This document shows positions 20,967-31,341 of a stretch of 64,000 nt of DNA, in pieces. The notes beneath the pieces are model-generated. The model was not told the DNA's origin and did no database searches. It saw only the letters and a list, made by a program, of their open reading frames with translations. The position numbers were made by a program, and so were the translations under genes. The DNA is taken from contig CALWTH010000011.1 in NCBI GenBank assembly GCA_944384405.1, positions 9,904 to 73,903 of the forward strand, read 5' to 3'. The first letter of the stretch is position 1. Each line of letters begins with the position of its first letter. Source of the stretch: an uncultured Clostridia bacterium (GTDB taxonomy: Bacteria; Bacillota; Clostridia; Christensenellales; UBA1242).

Positions 20967-23249
20967 ATGAGCAAACAAAAATTATTTTATTCATTATGTA
21001 AATACACATTATTTTTTGGACTATTTTATTTACTTGCACGCGCACAACTAAACAATGTGATAAGTCCCTTTTCTTTTGGAATGTTTTTTGCGCTTGTGTG
21101 GTGCAATCAAAACATTTTGATACTTTCCCCACTTTATATAGGTGCATCATACCTTTCTGCGTTTTCACTATTTGACCTATATTCTGCACTGGCGACTTGC
21201 TTTGTTATGATAATTATATACGGCATACACCAAAAACTTGGCAAGCGAATACTTCCACAACTAATGATTGTCTATGTTCTTTTGTGTCAAGCGGTCAGCG
21301 TGTTTTTGGACATTTACAGTGGCGTGTCGCCAGTTGTTGTGTTTGTTGAACTTGTGTTTGGCCTACTTTACACCTTTGTACTCATGAAACTATTTGAAAG
21401 TGTGCTTTCTATCGGCTTTGTCAAAAAATTTACTTTAACAAAGTCAATTTGCCTTGGTGTGTTCTTGCTTTCAATATCATGTGCTCTTAGAAGTGTTGAA
21501 ATTTATGGCTTTGACTTTGCAAAACTTTTTATTTTAATATCCGCCATATTTTCAAGTTTAATATTACCACTTACAGAAGGTGGATTCATAGTTACACTTT
21601 TGAGTCTTGGCACACTGCTTTATGACAATAATCCATATTTGGTTGCTCCCATGCTTGTGACTTACATAGTCTTGTCTTGTTTTCGTGGCAAACATAGAAT
21701 TTTTTCGGTACTTGGCATGCTCGTGGTTGAGTGTATGAATGTGTACTACTTTAATTTTTATTATTCGACGTCGCTTATTGTGTTTTTACCATGCTTAATT
21801 ACCGCACTTTTCACAATGGTCATACCAAAGAAGTACTATCAAAAACTCAGTGAGCAGTACAACGCTAGTTTTGCTTCAAGAAGTATGGAAAGCGTAATCA
21901 ATCGCACACAAAACGCCATTCATTCACGACTTTTGAAACTTTCACAAGTTTTTTATGAAATGGACAAAGTTTTTCGTAGCATGGTGAAAGGTAGGGCGAG
22001 TGAAGACGAATTGAAAGCACTCATGCTAACTGAACTTAAAGGCAAATTATGCGTAGATTGTCCAGAAAAAAACAGATGCCACAAACTTTATAGCGAAGAA
22101 ACAGAAAAAACTCTTTGCATGCTCATAGACAAGGCTTTTGCAAATGGCAGAGTGACGCTCATTGACATTCCAACAACTCTCACCGGCAGGTGCTTCAAAG
22201 TCAATCAACTGGTGTATGTTATAAATGATCTTATATCACAATATAAAAGTTATGCAACACTTGTTGGAAATATTGATGCTTCAAAAGTACTGATAAGCGA
22301 GCAACTTTATGGCGTCAGTGATGTTCTCCATCGTCTTGCAGACGAAACTAAAAAGACAGTTGATTTTGATGATGGTATGGAGAAAAAAATAAGTGATGAA
22401 CTTTTATACAACGATGTTGTTTGCAGTGATGTTATCGTATATCACAAAAACGAAAATGTTGTTTCTTGCACCTTAGAAGTCAAAAAAGAAGATACCTTAA
22501 AAAGTAAAATTCCAAGCATAGTTTCCAAAATAACAAAAAGCAAAATGATAGTTGAAAGTGACCAAACAAGTCCACATGCCGGTTGGCAAATACTAACGCT
22601 TAAAAACGCACCAAAATATGATGTCATATTCGGCACAAGCGCCTGCACAAAATCATCTTCAACAAAAAGTGGTGACACCTATTCGCTTATCAGAATAGAA
22701 GACGGAAAAATTTTAATGGCGCTTTGTGATGGAATGGGCAGTGGAGAAAAAGCGCAAAGGACAAGCACCACAGCAATTTCACTTGTTGAAAACTTTTATA
22801 AAGCAGGTTTTCAAAGTGACATAATTTTATCTTGTGTAAATAAGTTTTTGTCGCTTGGTGGTGAAGATACATTCTCTTGTCTTGATATGAGCATAATTGA
22901 TCTAAACAATGGAAGCGTCGACTTTGTAAAACTTGGTGCAACACTTGGCTTTATAAAACATAACGACACCATATCAACAGTTGAGTGTGAAAGTTTGCCA
23001 CTTGGGATAATCTCAACACTTTCTCCAACAATAAAGTCCACTATAGTTAGTGCGGGAGATATGATTGTGCTTGCAACTGATGGTGTGGCGGATAGTTTTG
23101 CTTCTGATGAAGAATATACCGATTTTGTGAACAATACAAAAACACTAAATCCACAAGAATTAGCTGATGCTATAATGGACAAAGCGCTTGAAAATAATCA
23201 TGGAGTGGCGGTGGATGATATGACGATACTTGTCGCCAAACTATTTTAA
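20967..23249 (+). CDS. spoIIE: Stage II sporulation protein E (PP2C-type phosphatase)
   Basis: N-terminal multi-TM region; CxxCxxxxxC; SGD, DGMGSG, TDG, DDMT. Confidence 0.9.
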   Translation: MSKQKLFYSLCKYTLFFGLFYLLARAQLNNVISPFSFGMFFALVWCNQNILILSPLYIGASYLSAFSLFDLYSALATCFVMIIIYGIHQKLGKRILPQLMIVYVLLCQAVSVFLDIYSGVSPVVVFVELVFGLLYTFVLMKLFESVLSIGFVKKFTLTKSICLGVFLLSISCALRSVEIYGFDFAKLFILISAIFSSLILPLTEGGFIVTLLSLGTLLYDNNPYLVAPMLVTYIVLSCFRGKHRIFSVLGMLVVECMNVYYFNFYYSTSLIVFLPCLITALFTMVIPKKYYQKLSEQYNASFASRSMESVINRTQNAIHSRLLKLSQVFYEMDKVFRSMVKGRASEDELKALMLTELKGKLCVDCPEKNRCHKLYSEETEKTLCMLIDKAFANGRVTLIDIPTTLTGRCFKVNQLVYVINDLISQYKSYATLVGNIDASKVLISEQLYGVSDVLHRLADETKKTVDFDDGMEKKISDELLYNDVVCSDVIVYHKNENVVSCTLEVKKEDTLKSKIPSIVSKITKSKMIVESDQTSPHAGWQILTLKNAPKYDVIFGTSACTKSSSTKSGDTYSLIRIEDGKILMALCDGMGSGEKAQRTSTTAISLVENFYKAGFQSDIILSCVNKFLSLGGEDTFSCLDMSIIDLNNGSVDFVKLGATLGFIKHNDTISTVECESLPLGIISTLSPTIKSTIVSAGDMIVLATDGVADSFASDEEYTDFVNNTKTLNPQELADAIMDKALENNHGVAVDDMTILVAKLF

Positions 23250-23281
23250 AACAAATTTGGGAAAAACACTTTGCACAATGC

Positions 23282-23585
23282 CCCTTGCGTACAATCGAGT
23301 GCAAAGCACACTCATGTACGCTCGTGACATTCTGCTTTGTGTTTTTCTCCAACTTTGTTTTAAAATGGACTTTAATTTGTCGAGCCTCGTCTACGCCTCG
23401 CAATTTTGCGTTTTTAGTTGTTACATACAATTTATTTTTTAAATAATTTTGCCCTTGCGTACAATCGAGTGCAAAGCACACTCGTGTACGCTCGTGACAT
23501 TCTGCTTTGTGTTTTTCTCCAACTTTGTTTTAAAATGGACTTTAATTTGCTGAGCCTCGTCTACGCCTCGCAATTTTGCGTTTTA
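23282..23585. repeat. Two ~134-bp direct repeats (170-bp offset), each with a GC-rich hairpin
   Basis: 23282-23415 vs 23452-23585 differ at ~3 positions. Confidence 0.9.
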
Positions 23586-23685
23586 TGGTGGTTGAAAGTG
23601 AAATTATGATTTGTGTTTTATTGTTATCTTATTGCTAAACACTATTTTAGTTTGAAAAGTGTGCAAAATATGTTATAATATCAAT

Positions 23686-24447
23686 ATGCAAAATATATAT
23701 GATAACGAACATTTTTTCACTGAATATGAAAATATGCGTGGAAAAGAAATTAACGCAAACAATTTGATTGAAAAGCCCATTTTCCTTTCAATAATTCCAT
23801 CTCTTTCTGATAAACGAATTTTGGATTTGGGATGTGGAAGTGGTGACTTTTGCAGATTTGCTTTGTCAAGTGGTGCAAGTTTTGTTATGGGAATAGATTG
23901 TTCCAAAAATATGTTAAGCAAAGCCAAGAGTTATGACGATGGAATAACTTACCTTAATTTACCCATGGAAAATATAAGTAAACTTGATGATAAATTTGAT
24001 TTGATAACTAGTTCGCTTGCTTTCCATTATGTCGAAGATTTTGATAAACTAATAGGAGACATAGCAAACTTACTTAAAAATGGCGGAGAACTTGTTTTTT
24101 CGCAAGAACATCCAGTGGCAACTGCTTTCAAATCTCCAAAAGGTGGCGAGATTGACAAAAAAATTGTTATAAAAGGTAAAAGATATTACCTTTTAAGTGA
24201 TTACAACAACATAGGCAAGCGTTTTGTTAAGTGGAATGATAAAGAAGTCATTAAATATCATAGAAATTTTAGTTGTATTTTAAACACACTTATTCGTCAT
24301 GGCTTTGTTGTCACGAATGTTATTGATAGTTACGCAGATGAAGATGCAATAAAAAAAGAACCAAAATACGCATATCAAAATGACAGGCCCTACTTTTTGT
24401 TCATTAGTGCGAAAAAACTAGATATAAACAAAAATTTTATTGAATAG
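23686..24447 (+). CDS. Class I SAM-dependent methyltransferase
   Basis: ILDLGCGSG, FDLITSSLAFHYV. Confidence 0.9.
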   Translation: MQNIYDNEHFFTEYENMRGKEINANNLIEKPIFLSIIPSLSDKRILDLGCGSGDFCRFALSSGASFVMGIDCSKNMLSKAKSYDDGITYLNLPMENISKLDDKFDLITSSLAFHYVEDFDKLIGDIANLLKNGGELVFSQEHPVATAFKSPKGGEIDKKIVIKGKRYYLLSDYNNIGKRFVKWNDKEVIKYHRNFSCILNTLIRHGFVVTNVIDSYADEDAIKKEPKYAYQNDRPYFLFISAKKLDINKNFIE

Positions 24448-24595
24448 AAATCCACATTTTAAATATGTGGATTTTTCTTTATCAACAATTATTTAAACAA
24501 AAAAACGGAGAAAATCAAACAAAAAACGTCAAAATATTTGACGATTCAATGTCGTATTTGATAAAATTCTATTCGTACAATACGGAGTTACACCA

Positions 24596-25204
24596 ATGAA
24601 AAAGAGAGCTAGGTTATTTTTTACTATTGCATCATTATGTATGACGATAAGCATGTTTGTATTTGGAGTATATAGTGCATCTCAACTAACTTACAGTATT
24701 AATGGTAGTGTGTCATATGAAGTTAGAGATGTCTTGGTTACAATATCAACCAAAGTTGCATATATCTCACAAAATACCATTATACAAAATCCAATGCAAT
24801 TAATAATGACTAGTTTTACTGATGATACAAGTCAAGATGGGAAATACTCATCTTATTCAGACAACAATATAGTAAAGCCAGGAGAAATAGACACACCAAC
24901 TTTAGATGTTGAAATTGATTTTAATAAAGCATATGCTTGGAGAATAACGATAAATATAAAAACAATAAATGAAAGTAATGTTTTTGTAAGTTTGGGTAGT
25001 AACGATAATTTTGGTATTCCTAATGATGCAACTTATAGCATTTATGAAATTAATAATAATAATTATGATGAACCTATTAATTCAAGTGATTTAGAAAATC
25101 CAGGGATTGACTTTGTATATTACATCTACATAACTGACTTAACTAAATCCATAAACATGGAATCATTTGAAATACCATTGATTATTGCAAATCAAAAATT
25201 TTAA
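24596..25204 (+). CDS. Secreted protein of the FGVYS family
   Basis: N-terminus aligns closely with the 2005 protein (LFFxxASLC...FGVYSA...GSVSYEV). Confidence 0.75.
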   Translation: MKKRARLFFTIASLCMTISMFVFGVYSASQLTYSINGSVSYEVRDVLVTISTKVAYISQNTIIQNPMQLIMTSFTDDTSQDGKYSSYSDNNIVKPGEIDTPTLDVEIDFNKAYAWRITINIKTINESNVFVSLGSNDNFGIPNDATYSIYEINNNNYDEPINSSDLENPGIDFVYYIYITDLTKSINMESFEIPLIIANQKF

Positions 25205-25238
25205 AATCATGGAAAATTTATATAAATGAGGAAGAAAA

Positions 25239-25634
25239 ATGAAACAAATTCAAGTTGTGGCAGGAATAATTGAAAATGATGGAAAAATATTATGCATGGA
25301 AAGAGATAAGGGCAAATATGATTATGTGTCATATAAGTGGGAATTTCCTGGTGGAAAGATTGAACCAGGCGAAACAAAAGAACAAGCACTTGAAAGGGAA
25401 CTACGAGAAGAAATGGAATTGGAAGTTCAAGTTGGTGACCATTTTTGTGATGTGACTTATGAGTATCCTGATTTTGTAATAACAATGTATTGTTATAGTT
25501 GCAAGACACAGGATTTGAATTTTAAACTTAATGTGCATAAAGATTATAAATGGCTTGAAAAAGACAAACTTGACACTTTGGATTGGGCTCCTGCTGATAG
25601 ACCTATAGTAAAAAAGCTTATGCAAGACAAGTGA
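25239..25634 (+). CDS. NUDIX hydrolase, MutT/NudG-like
   Basis: GGKIEPGETKEQALERELREE Nudix box. Confidence 0.92.
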   Translation: MKQIQVVAGIIENDGKILCMERDKGKYDYVSYKWEFPGGKIEPGETKEQALERELREEMELEVQVGDHFCDVTYEYPDFVITMYCYSCKTQDLNFKLNVHKDYKWLEKDKLDTLDWAPADRPIVKKLMQDK

Positions 25635-25746
25635 AAATTTATTTATACAAAACACAGAATAAAATCTGTGTTTTTTTAAGTTAAATTATTTTGATACAAT
25701 AAAAAAATATGTTATTTTAAAATTATACAAAAAAGTTGAGGTAAAC

Positions 25747-26763
25747 ATGGAATATAAAGTTAGGAAAAAAATTTTTTCTAAAAATAAAATTGACCACATG
25801 GAGATTTTTTTTGACAATGGCGACTTTTTATCAATTTCAAAAAAAGAAATTGTTGATTTTTCAGTAAATTTATATGATGAACTTGTTATGGGAATAGATT
25901 ATTGGAACAGTTTCAGTTGTGTTGTTGAAAGTGGGAATATCAGACTAAAAATAGAAAAAAAGCCAAATGGTATTTATGACAATCCATACTTATGTGATTT
26001 GTGTGCTTACAAAAAAGATAGAATTTCCTATATAAAAGACAGATTGTGTGTAAAAAATGATGAAATAGTTTGCGTCAAGATATATGATAAAAGTAATTGG
26101 CATTTCACTCTTTATTGCAGAACTGAAAATACTATTGACGGCGAATATTTATTGTTGAAATTTTTACCTTGCAAAAACAAAAGTTGTGATAGCAACTTTC
26201 ATACCATTTCTTTGCCACAAGTAACAAAGTCAATTGTGGAAACTATCAATTTAGATTTTGAAAATTGCGAATCTATAACGATAAAAAAAGAAGAAATAGT
26301 TGATATGAATTTGAAGTTTAGTGAAACTTTATGCTGGGGCTCAGGAGACTATATTCGAGTTGTTACGGGTGGATTTTTGAAAATAAAATTAGATAAAGAA
26401 TACAACTATTTTCGAGATTGTTCACTGCAAGATAAACTTGCACTTGGTGAAAAAGGCAATAAGCAGATTGAAAGGCGTTTATGTGGCAAAAAAGGTTTTG
26501 ATGTCCACGACATATGTAATTTATATGTTGAATATGATTACGCAGGTAGTGCATTTTATAGGCGTGAGTGTCTTGAAGTTCGTAGCATTGTTGATATTTA
26601 TAAATTGTCAGATGTTGAAAAATTGTCACAAAAAGATGAAGATTTGTCTTTGTATATTGGGGGTTATGCGCAAAAGCAAGATGATGGCACTATTCTCATC
26701 ACTTTTGGTGAAACAAGCAAACAAAACGAAATATTCAATCAGCAAATAAAAAAATATGTTTAA
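25747..26763 (+). CDS. Hypothetical protein with internal duplication
   Basis: GAGG RBS; FDNGDFLSISKKEIVD vs FENCESITIKKEEIVD. Confidence 0.65.
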   Translation: MEYKVRKKIFSKNKIDHMEIFFDNGDFLSISKKEIVDFSVNLYDELVMGIDYWNSFSCVVESGNIRLKIEKKPNGIYDNPYLCDLCAYKKDRISYIKDRLCVKNDEIVCVKIYDKSNWHFTLYCRTENTIDGEYLLLKFLPCKNKSCDSNFHTISLPQVTKSIVETINLDFENCESITIKKEEIVDMNLKFSETLCWGSGDYIRVVTGGFLKIKLDKEYNYFRDCSLQDKLALGEKGNKQIERRLCGKKGFDVHDICNLYVEYDYAGSAFYRRECLEVRSIVDIYKLSDVEKLSQKDEDLSLYIGGYAQKQDDGTILITFGETSKQNEIFNQQIKKYV

Positions 26764-26771
26764 GGGAATTC

Positions 26772-27452
26772 ATGATAAGTCATTTTGAGACAAGTAAAAA
26801 AATCAAGTTTTCTGTTTATGGTAGTGATCTTAAAGATGTACCGGTCGTATATCTTCCTATGGTAATAGATGAGGGTGAAAAGATTTGGAATGAGTGCAAA
26901 AAGGAGGGGTGCAAACATTTTATTTTGGTGGTTATTTCAAACTTTGATTGGAATGATTATCTAACGCCTTGGCCTATACCTCCTATTTATAAAAATGACA
27001 CACAAAGCAAGGGCTTGGCAGATGAGTTTTTGAAAATTTTAGTTGAAGAAATTATTCCTACCGTAAACAATTTGATTAAGAATAAAGCTGCATATAACAT
27101 ACTGGCTGGATATTCACTCGCCGGACTTTTTGCTGTGTATTGCATATTCAAGACAAAAATTTTTGACAAATTTGTTTCAGCGTCAGGATCGCTTTGGTGT
27201 CCCAATTTTTGCGAATATGTTTTTAATAATCAAATGTTAAAAATCCCTAAGTGCATATACTTTTCTCTTGGCGACAAAGAAAATAATACAAAAAACAAAT
27301 ATTTAAAATCTGTTTTTGAAAATACTGAGAAAGTATATAATTATTTTAAAAACAATAACATAAAAACGATATTTGTTTTAAACAAGGGAAATCACTTTAC
27401 AAACACTGTAAATAGAACAGTTGATGGAATAAAGTGGGCTTTAGAAAATTAA
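26772..27452 (+). CDS. Putative esterase (alpha/beta hydrolase)
   Basis: GYSLAG, SGSLW, GNH. Confidence 0.85.
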   Translation: MISHFETSKKIKFSVYGSDLKDVPVVYLPMVIDEGEKIWNECKKEGCKHFILVVISNFDWNDYLTPWPIPPIYKNDTQSKGLADEFLKILVEEIIPTVNNLIKNKAAYNILAGYSLAGLFAVYCIFKTKIFDKFVSASGSLWCPNFCEYVFNNQMLKIPKCIYFSLGDKENNTKNKYLKSVFENTEKVYNYFKNNNIKTIFVLNKGNHFTNTVNRTVDGIKWALEN

Positions 27453-27550
27453 ATATATTTTAAATATTTCATTTATTACAAAAGAACAAAAAACATCAAA
27501 AAATAAATATAAAAAAGTGGCTAGCACAAAACTAGTCACAAATTTTTTAA

Positions 27551-27626
27551 TGGTGGGCAATAAGAGGCTCGAACTCCTGACTTCCACTACGTGAAAGTGG
27601 CACTCTACCAACTGAGTTAATTGCCC
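27551..27626 (-). tRNA. tRNA-Val(CAC)
   Basis: 76-nt cloverleaf GGGCAAT...ATTGCCC-A-CCA; anticodon stem CCACT/AGTGG with loop TTCACGT; GTTCGA T-loop; upstream TTGCTT-17-TATAAT. Confidence 0.92.
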
Positions 27627-27771
27627 ATAGAACACACTATATATTATATATGTTTATTCACAATAAAGCAACTTATTTTTTATTAATGTTAATATTTCGA
27701 CTTAAAATCATCATTAACAAGTCTGAAAATAGCCATAAATCATTATTGAACACAAAACAGGCATTTGTCTA

Positions 27772-27800
27772 TTGCAAATTTATTTAGTGTGGTGTATAAT
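27772..27800 (+). promoter_or_regulatory. Sigma-A promoter
   Basis: TTGCAA-17-TATAAT. Confidence 0.7.
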
Positions 27801-27807
27801 ATATTAT

Positions 27808-28036
27808 GATCAGGCGTAGATTTTATGTTGCTCGTAAGGACTGTTAACTTAACATGCCGTTTTAACCTTAAAAACGGCTAGAGCAATGTCACGATTGTCT
27901 TGATCTATCTTGCTTTGCAAGAAATCTAAGTCACAAATTCTCATTTAACAAGTGGGGCTTGTAATTAAAAAGGTCATTGGCGGACGCAATAAGTGTTATA
28001 AGTCAGTCTATGAGAATGAGGCAATATATTTGTGGC
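27808..28036 (+). ncRNA. Candidate structured leader RNA/ncRNA of unknown family
   Basis: Starts at the predicted TSS; nested complementary segments. Confidence 0.4.
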
Positions 28037-28063
28037 GAACAGAGGTTATATTTTCATATTTTT

Positions 28064-28780
28064 ATGTCAAACGTCTATTTTATTTTTGCTCAAGTTTTTG
28101 GCGGAATAGCGACTTTGATTTTGTGCTTATCCTATGTGGTAAAAAGTAAAAAGGGCTTTTTGCTTTTAGGACTGTTTGGCGATACAATGTATGGAATATC
28201 ATTTTTGTTTGTGAGTTCTTGGAGTGCAGGGGCAATAGCGTTATTATCATGTTTGCAATTTGTTTTTGTTTACTATTATGAAAAGAAAAACAAAAAACTG
28301 CCAAAGAGCATAGCATTTGTGTTCATTGTTATGTTTTTAATAGCAGGTATACTTACATGGAGTAGTGCTTGGGATATCATTCCTCTTGCAAGCTATATTT
28401 GGTACACGTTTGCATTATATGTTGATGATGTTAAATCAATTAGATTAATGTATGTTTTACCAAATTTGCTTTTAGTGGTCTATGACATAATGGTTATGGC
28501 ATATGCCAGTGCTTTTGAAGATGGGATTGAAGGTTTGTTTTTAATTTTTATGATTTTGTCAGTTTTTGTAAAATCACAAATTTCAAAAAAGAAAGTCTTG
28601 TTGTATTCAAAAACACAATTCGCGAAGAAGTCAAAAGGAACTATTTTTGATAGTTTACAGTCCGCTTATTCACGAATGAGAAAAGTCAATAACTTTTATA
28701 TGTCAAAAATCGCTAAAAATCAGTGGAACACTGTCAGCATTCCAAGTTTTTGCAAATTTAGCAAAGTGTCATTCTATTAG
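28064..28780 (+). CDS. YgjV-like inner membrane protein
   Basis: AQxxGxIA..LSY..KSKK pattern; multiple TMs; start uncertain. Confidence 0.65.
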   Translation: MSNVYFIFAQVFGGIATLILCLSYVVKSKKGFLLLGLFGDTMYGISFLFVSSWSAGAIALLSCLQFVFVYYYEKKNKKLPKSIAFVFIVMFLIAGILTWSSAWDIIPLASYIWYTFALYVDDVKSIRLMYVLPNLLLVVYDIMVMAYASAFEDGIEGLFLIFMILSVFVKSQISKKKVLLYSKTQFAKKSKGTIFDSLQSAYSRMRKVNNFYMSKIAKNQWNTVSIPSFCKFSKVSFY

Positions 28781-29374
28781 CGTATCGGCTATACCAAGCA
28801 GATTAAAAAAAAGAGAGAAAAAACTCTCTTTTTTTTGTATTTTAAATTTATTTGAAGTGTGTATTTTTTGTAATTAATAAATTTTTTATTTGATAAAACA
28901 TAAAATAATAAAAAAATATATAAAATTTTTTTAAAATTTACAAAAAATTTATTATTTTTATTTTAGCGAAAATAATTATTATTTATAAAAAAATAATTTA
29001 TTGTGACATAGTTTGATTTTTTTGTATTTTTTGATATATTATAAATTGAATATGAAAACATTACAAATTGTTCCACTATGTGAAATTGAAAATTTACGAA
29101 AAATGCTGTTTGAATATTTGGTAGAGTTGTCTAAATTTGATAAAGACAACAAAAGATGAAATGGTAGCCACATACAGAAACATCTACAAGCGTGAAGACG
29201 AAGACAAATATGGAGTAGTTATTTTTAAAATAAAAGTTATACATTAATTTTAATAGTACAACAATTTTTTTCAAATATATTATAAGATAGATTTTACATA
29301 TGTAACAAATATACTCCTTTATTAAATATATTAATATGATGGCAACTCGTTGTCGACAAATTAAAGGAGGGAAA

Positions 29375-30469
29375 ATGAACAGAAATTGTTTTTGTGATAA
29401 CCTTTTTTGCAATAAGAACAAATGTTGCTGCAAATATATAATTAAACACATACATCAGTCATCAAGTGGAGTAGGTACAACTGGTCCAACTGGACCAACA
29501 GGCCCCACTGGGCCGACTGGACCTAATGGAATAACAGGGTCAACAGGGTCAACAGGGTCAACAGGACCAACAGGTGCAACCGGACCAACAGGTGCGACAG
29601 GACCTATTGGACCAACTGGACCAAGTAGTGGAATAATAGGGCCAACAGGTCCAACTGGTGCTACAGGTGCAACAGGGCCAACAGGAGCGACTGGACCAAC
29701 GGGAGCGCAGGGAATTATTGGAGCAACAGGGCCAACAGGGGCGACCGGGCCTGCGGGCAACAATGTTGTAAATCCTTATGATTTGTATGTAAGAAGCAAT
29801 ACAATCGGAGGTATTGGAACTCAGTCTAGTCCGTTACCTTCAATAGAAGAGGCGTTGGATTTAGTTGCCAATAATGGAACAATTCATGTTTATGATGGAA
29901 CATATCCAATTGACACAACTACTAATATTTCAAAAAACAATATCACGCTTGAAGGTAAGCCAAACGCTATGATTCTTTTGACGGCGAATACTGTTCCATT
30001 TTTAATTTCTGGGAGTGGTAACACGATAAAGGGCTTCACTATCACAAGCGATGTAGCATATCCTGTTGAGTTTATTCAAGTGGGTGGTAATAATAATGTT
30101 ATACGTGATAACATTATATACGGACCATCTCAACAAGGCAGTTCGGACACATGGGTAACAAATAGGGGAATTGTCACACAGGGTGGTACTTTGAATAACT
30201 GGATTGATGGGAACATCTTTTACTCTTTAAGGCAAAGTGGATATCTAAATCCTTCATCTACTGGATATGTCACGCACAATGTTGTTTATAACACAAGAGG
30301 CTGGGTTGTTGATGGTGCACTTTTTCAATTCTCTGGCAATTCTTGGGGAGAGCCAACCAACGCCGTTGATATTGCGCTTTTAAGTGGCACAACTAGTGGA
30401 GTGCCTTACAATTCAATAACCGAATTACAAGAAAATAACAGTAACGCAAACATAAGTGACCAAAGATAG
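29375..30469 (+). CDS. Collagen-like (BclA-type) protein with Cys-rich N-terminus and beta-helix C-terminus, probably spore surface
   Basis: AAGGAGG RBS; about 30 GPT/GAT/GST triplets. Confidence 0.8.
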   Translation: MNRNCFCDNLFCNKNKCCCKYIIKHIHQSSSGVGTTGPTGPTGPTGPTGPNGITGSTGSTGSTGPTGATGPTGATGPIGPTGPSSGIIGPTGPTGATGATGPTGATGPTGAQGIIGATGPTGATGPAGNNVVNPYDLYVRSNTIGGIGTQSSPLPSIEEALDLVANNGTIHVYDGTYPIDTTTNISKNNITLEGKPNAMILLTANTVPFLISGSGNTIKGFTITSDVAYPVEFIQVGGNNNVIRDNIIYGPSQQGSSDTWVTNRGIVTQGGTLNNWIDGNIFYSLRQSGYLNPSSTGYVTHNVVYNTRGWVVDGALFQFSGNSWGEPTNAVDIALLSGTTSGVPYNSITELQENNSNANISDQR

Positions 30470-30780
30470 TTTTTAAACTGTCTTTGCTACGCTATAAAAA
30501 TTTAAGTAAAAATTTTGTTTCATTGTTATTGAATGCAAAAAAGTAGTTTAGGTAACTAAACTACTATTTTCTCTGTTTTTTTGTTTAATCTCCGGCAAGG
30601 TCGGCATCTAGTTTTGTTTTGTGAGTCGTGCCTTTCCGGGAGGTATGCAAAAACATATTATAATTTATGAATACATACATATTTTTGTTAAAAAACTTTT
30701 TTTTACTTTTTAATTTTAATTTTATATGTTATTATACATTTAGTTTTTCAATTTCCATATTTAAAAAAATGGGAGATAAA

Positions 30781-31248
30781 ATGAAAGAGTATGAAAAAGG
30801 TATAAAGGTTGACGATATACAACCATACATAGAATATTGCGAAAAAAATGGTTATAAAAAAGTTGCAGTAACTGAGCAAAATAGAAAAGTTTTTGAAAAT
30901 AAAAATGATAGGAAGATAATATCACGTATAACCACCGAAAAGCATGGTGACCAAGAGAAAATATACCTAGACTTTAAAAACTTTTCAACGCATACGGACA
31001 GTTTGCAAATATCACAAGAGTCAAAAGAACTTGAAATAACAAGACAGCAAATTCCTATTATTTTATCAATGCTTAACACGTTAAACTTCGAGCAGTCTGC
31101 AGACAATTTCAGAACTAGATATGTTTACAAAAAGGGAAGTGTGAAATTTGAAATTGATGATTATAAAGTGCCTAGTATGAAAGTGGTGGCGTTAGAGGGC
31201 AAAGACGATGACGTGGGGCGTGTTTTTGACGAGATAACAAAACTTTAA
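30781..31248 (+). CDS. CYTH-like (triphosphate tunnel) protein
   Basis: N-terminal ExEK motif; RTRYVY...FEIDDY; GGGAG RBS. Confidence 0.6.
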   Translation: MKEYEKGIKVDDIQPYIEYCEKNGYKKVAVTEQNRKVFENKNDRKIISRITTEKHGDQEKIYLDFKNFSTHTDSLQISQESKELEITRQQIPIILSMLNTLNFEQSADNFRTRYVYKKGSVKFEIDDYKVPSMKVVALEGKDDDVGRVFDEITKL

Positions 31249-31341
31249 TAATATGCAATTTATTTTTTATTTTTGTGAAAATTTTATATTAAACATAAGG
31301 GTTGAACAAAAGTATTTTTTAAATTTGGTATAGGAGGAAAT

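Noticed and set aside
23170-23609. Three short ORFs, two of them with duplicated sequence
   Set aside because: By-products of the tandem non-coding repeat
29052-29159. 35-aa ORF resembling a GNAT N-terminus
   Set aside because: Too short and degraded to assign
29480-29760. Short-period repeats as a CRISPR array or a minus-strand ORF (29455-29763)
   Set aside because: They are Gly-X-Thr collagen codons in the plus-strand gene; no spacers or cas genes
30590-30645. GC-rich imperfect hairpin as SRP RNA or riboswitch
   Set aside because: No diagnostic motif recognised
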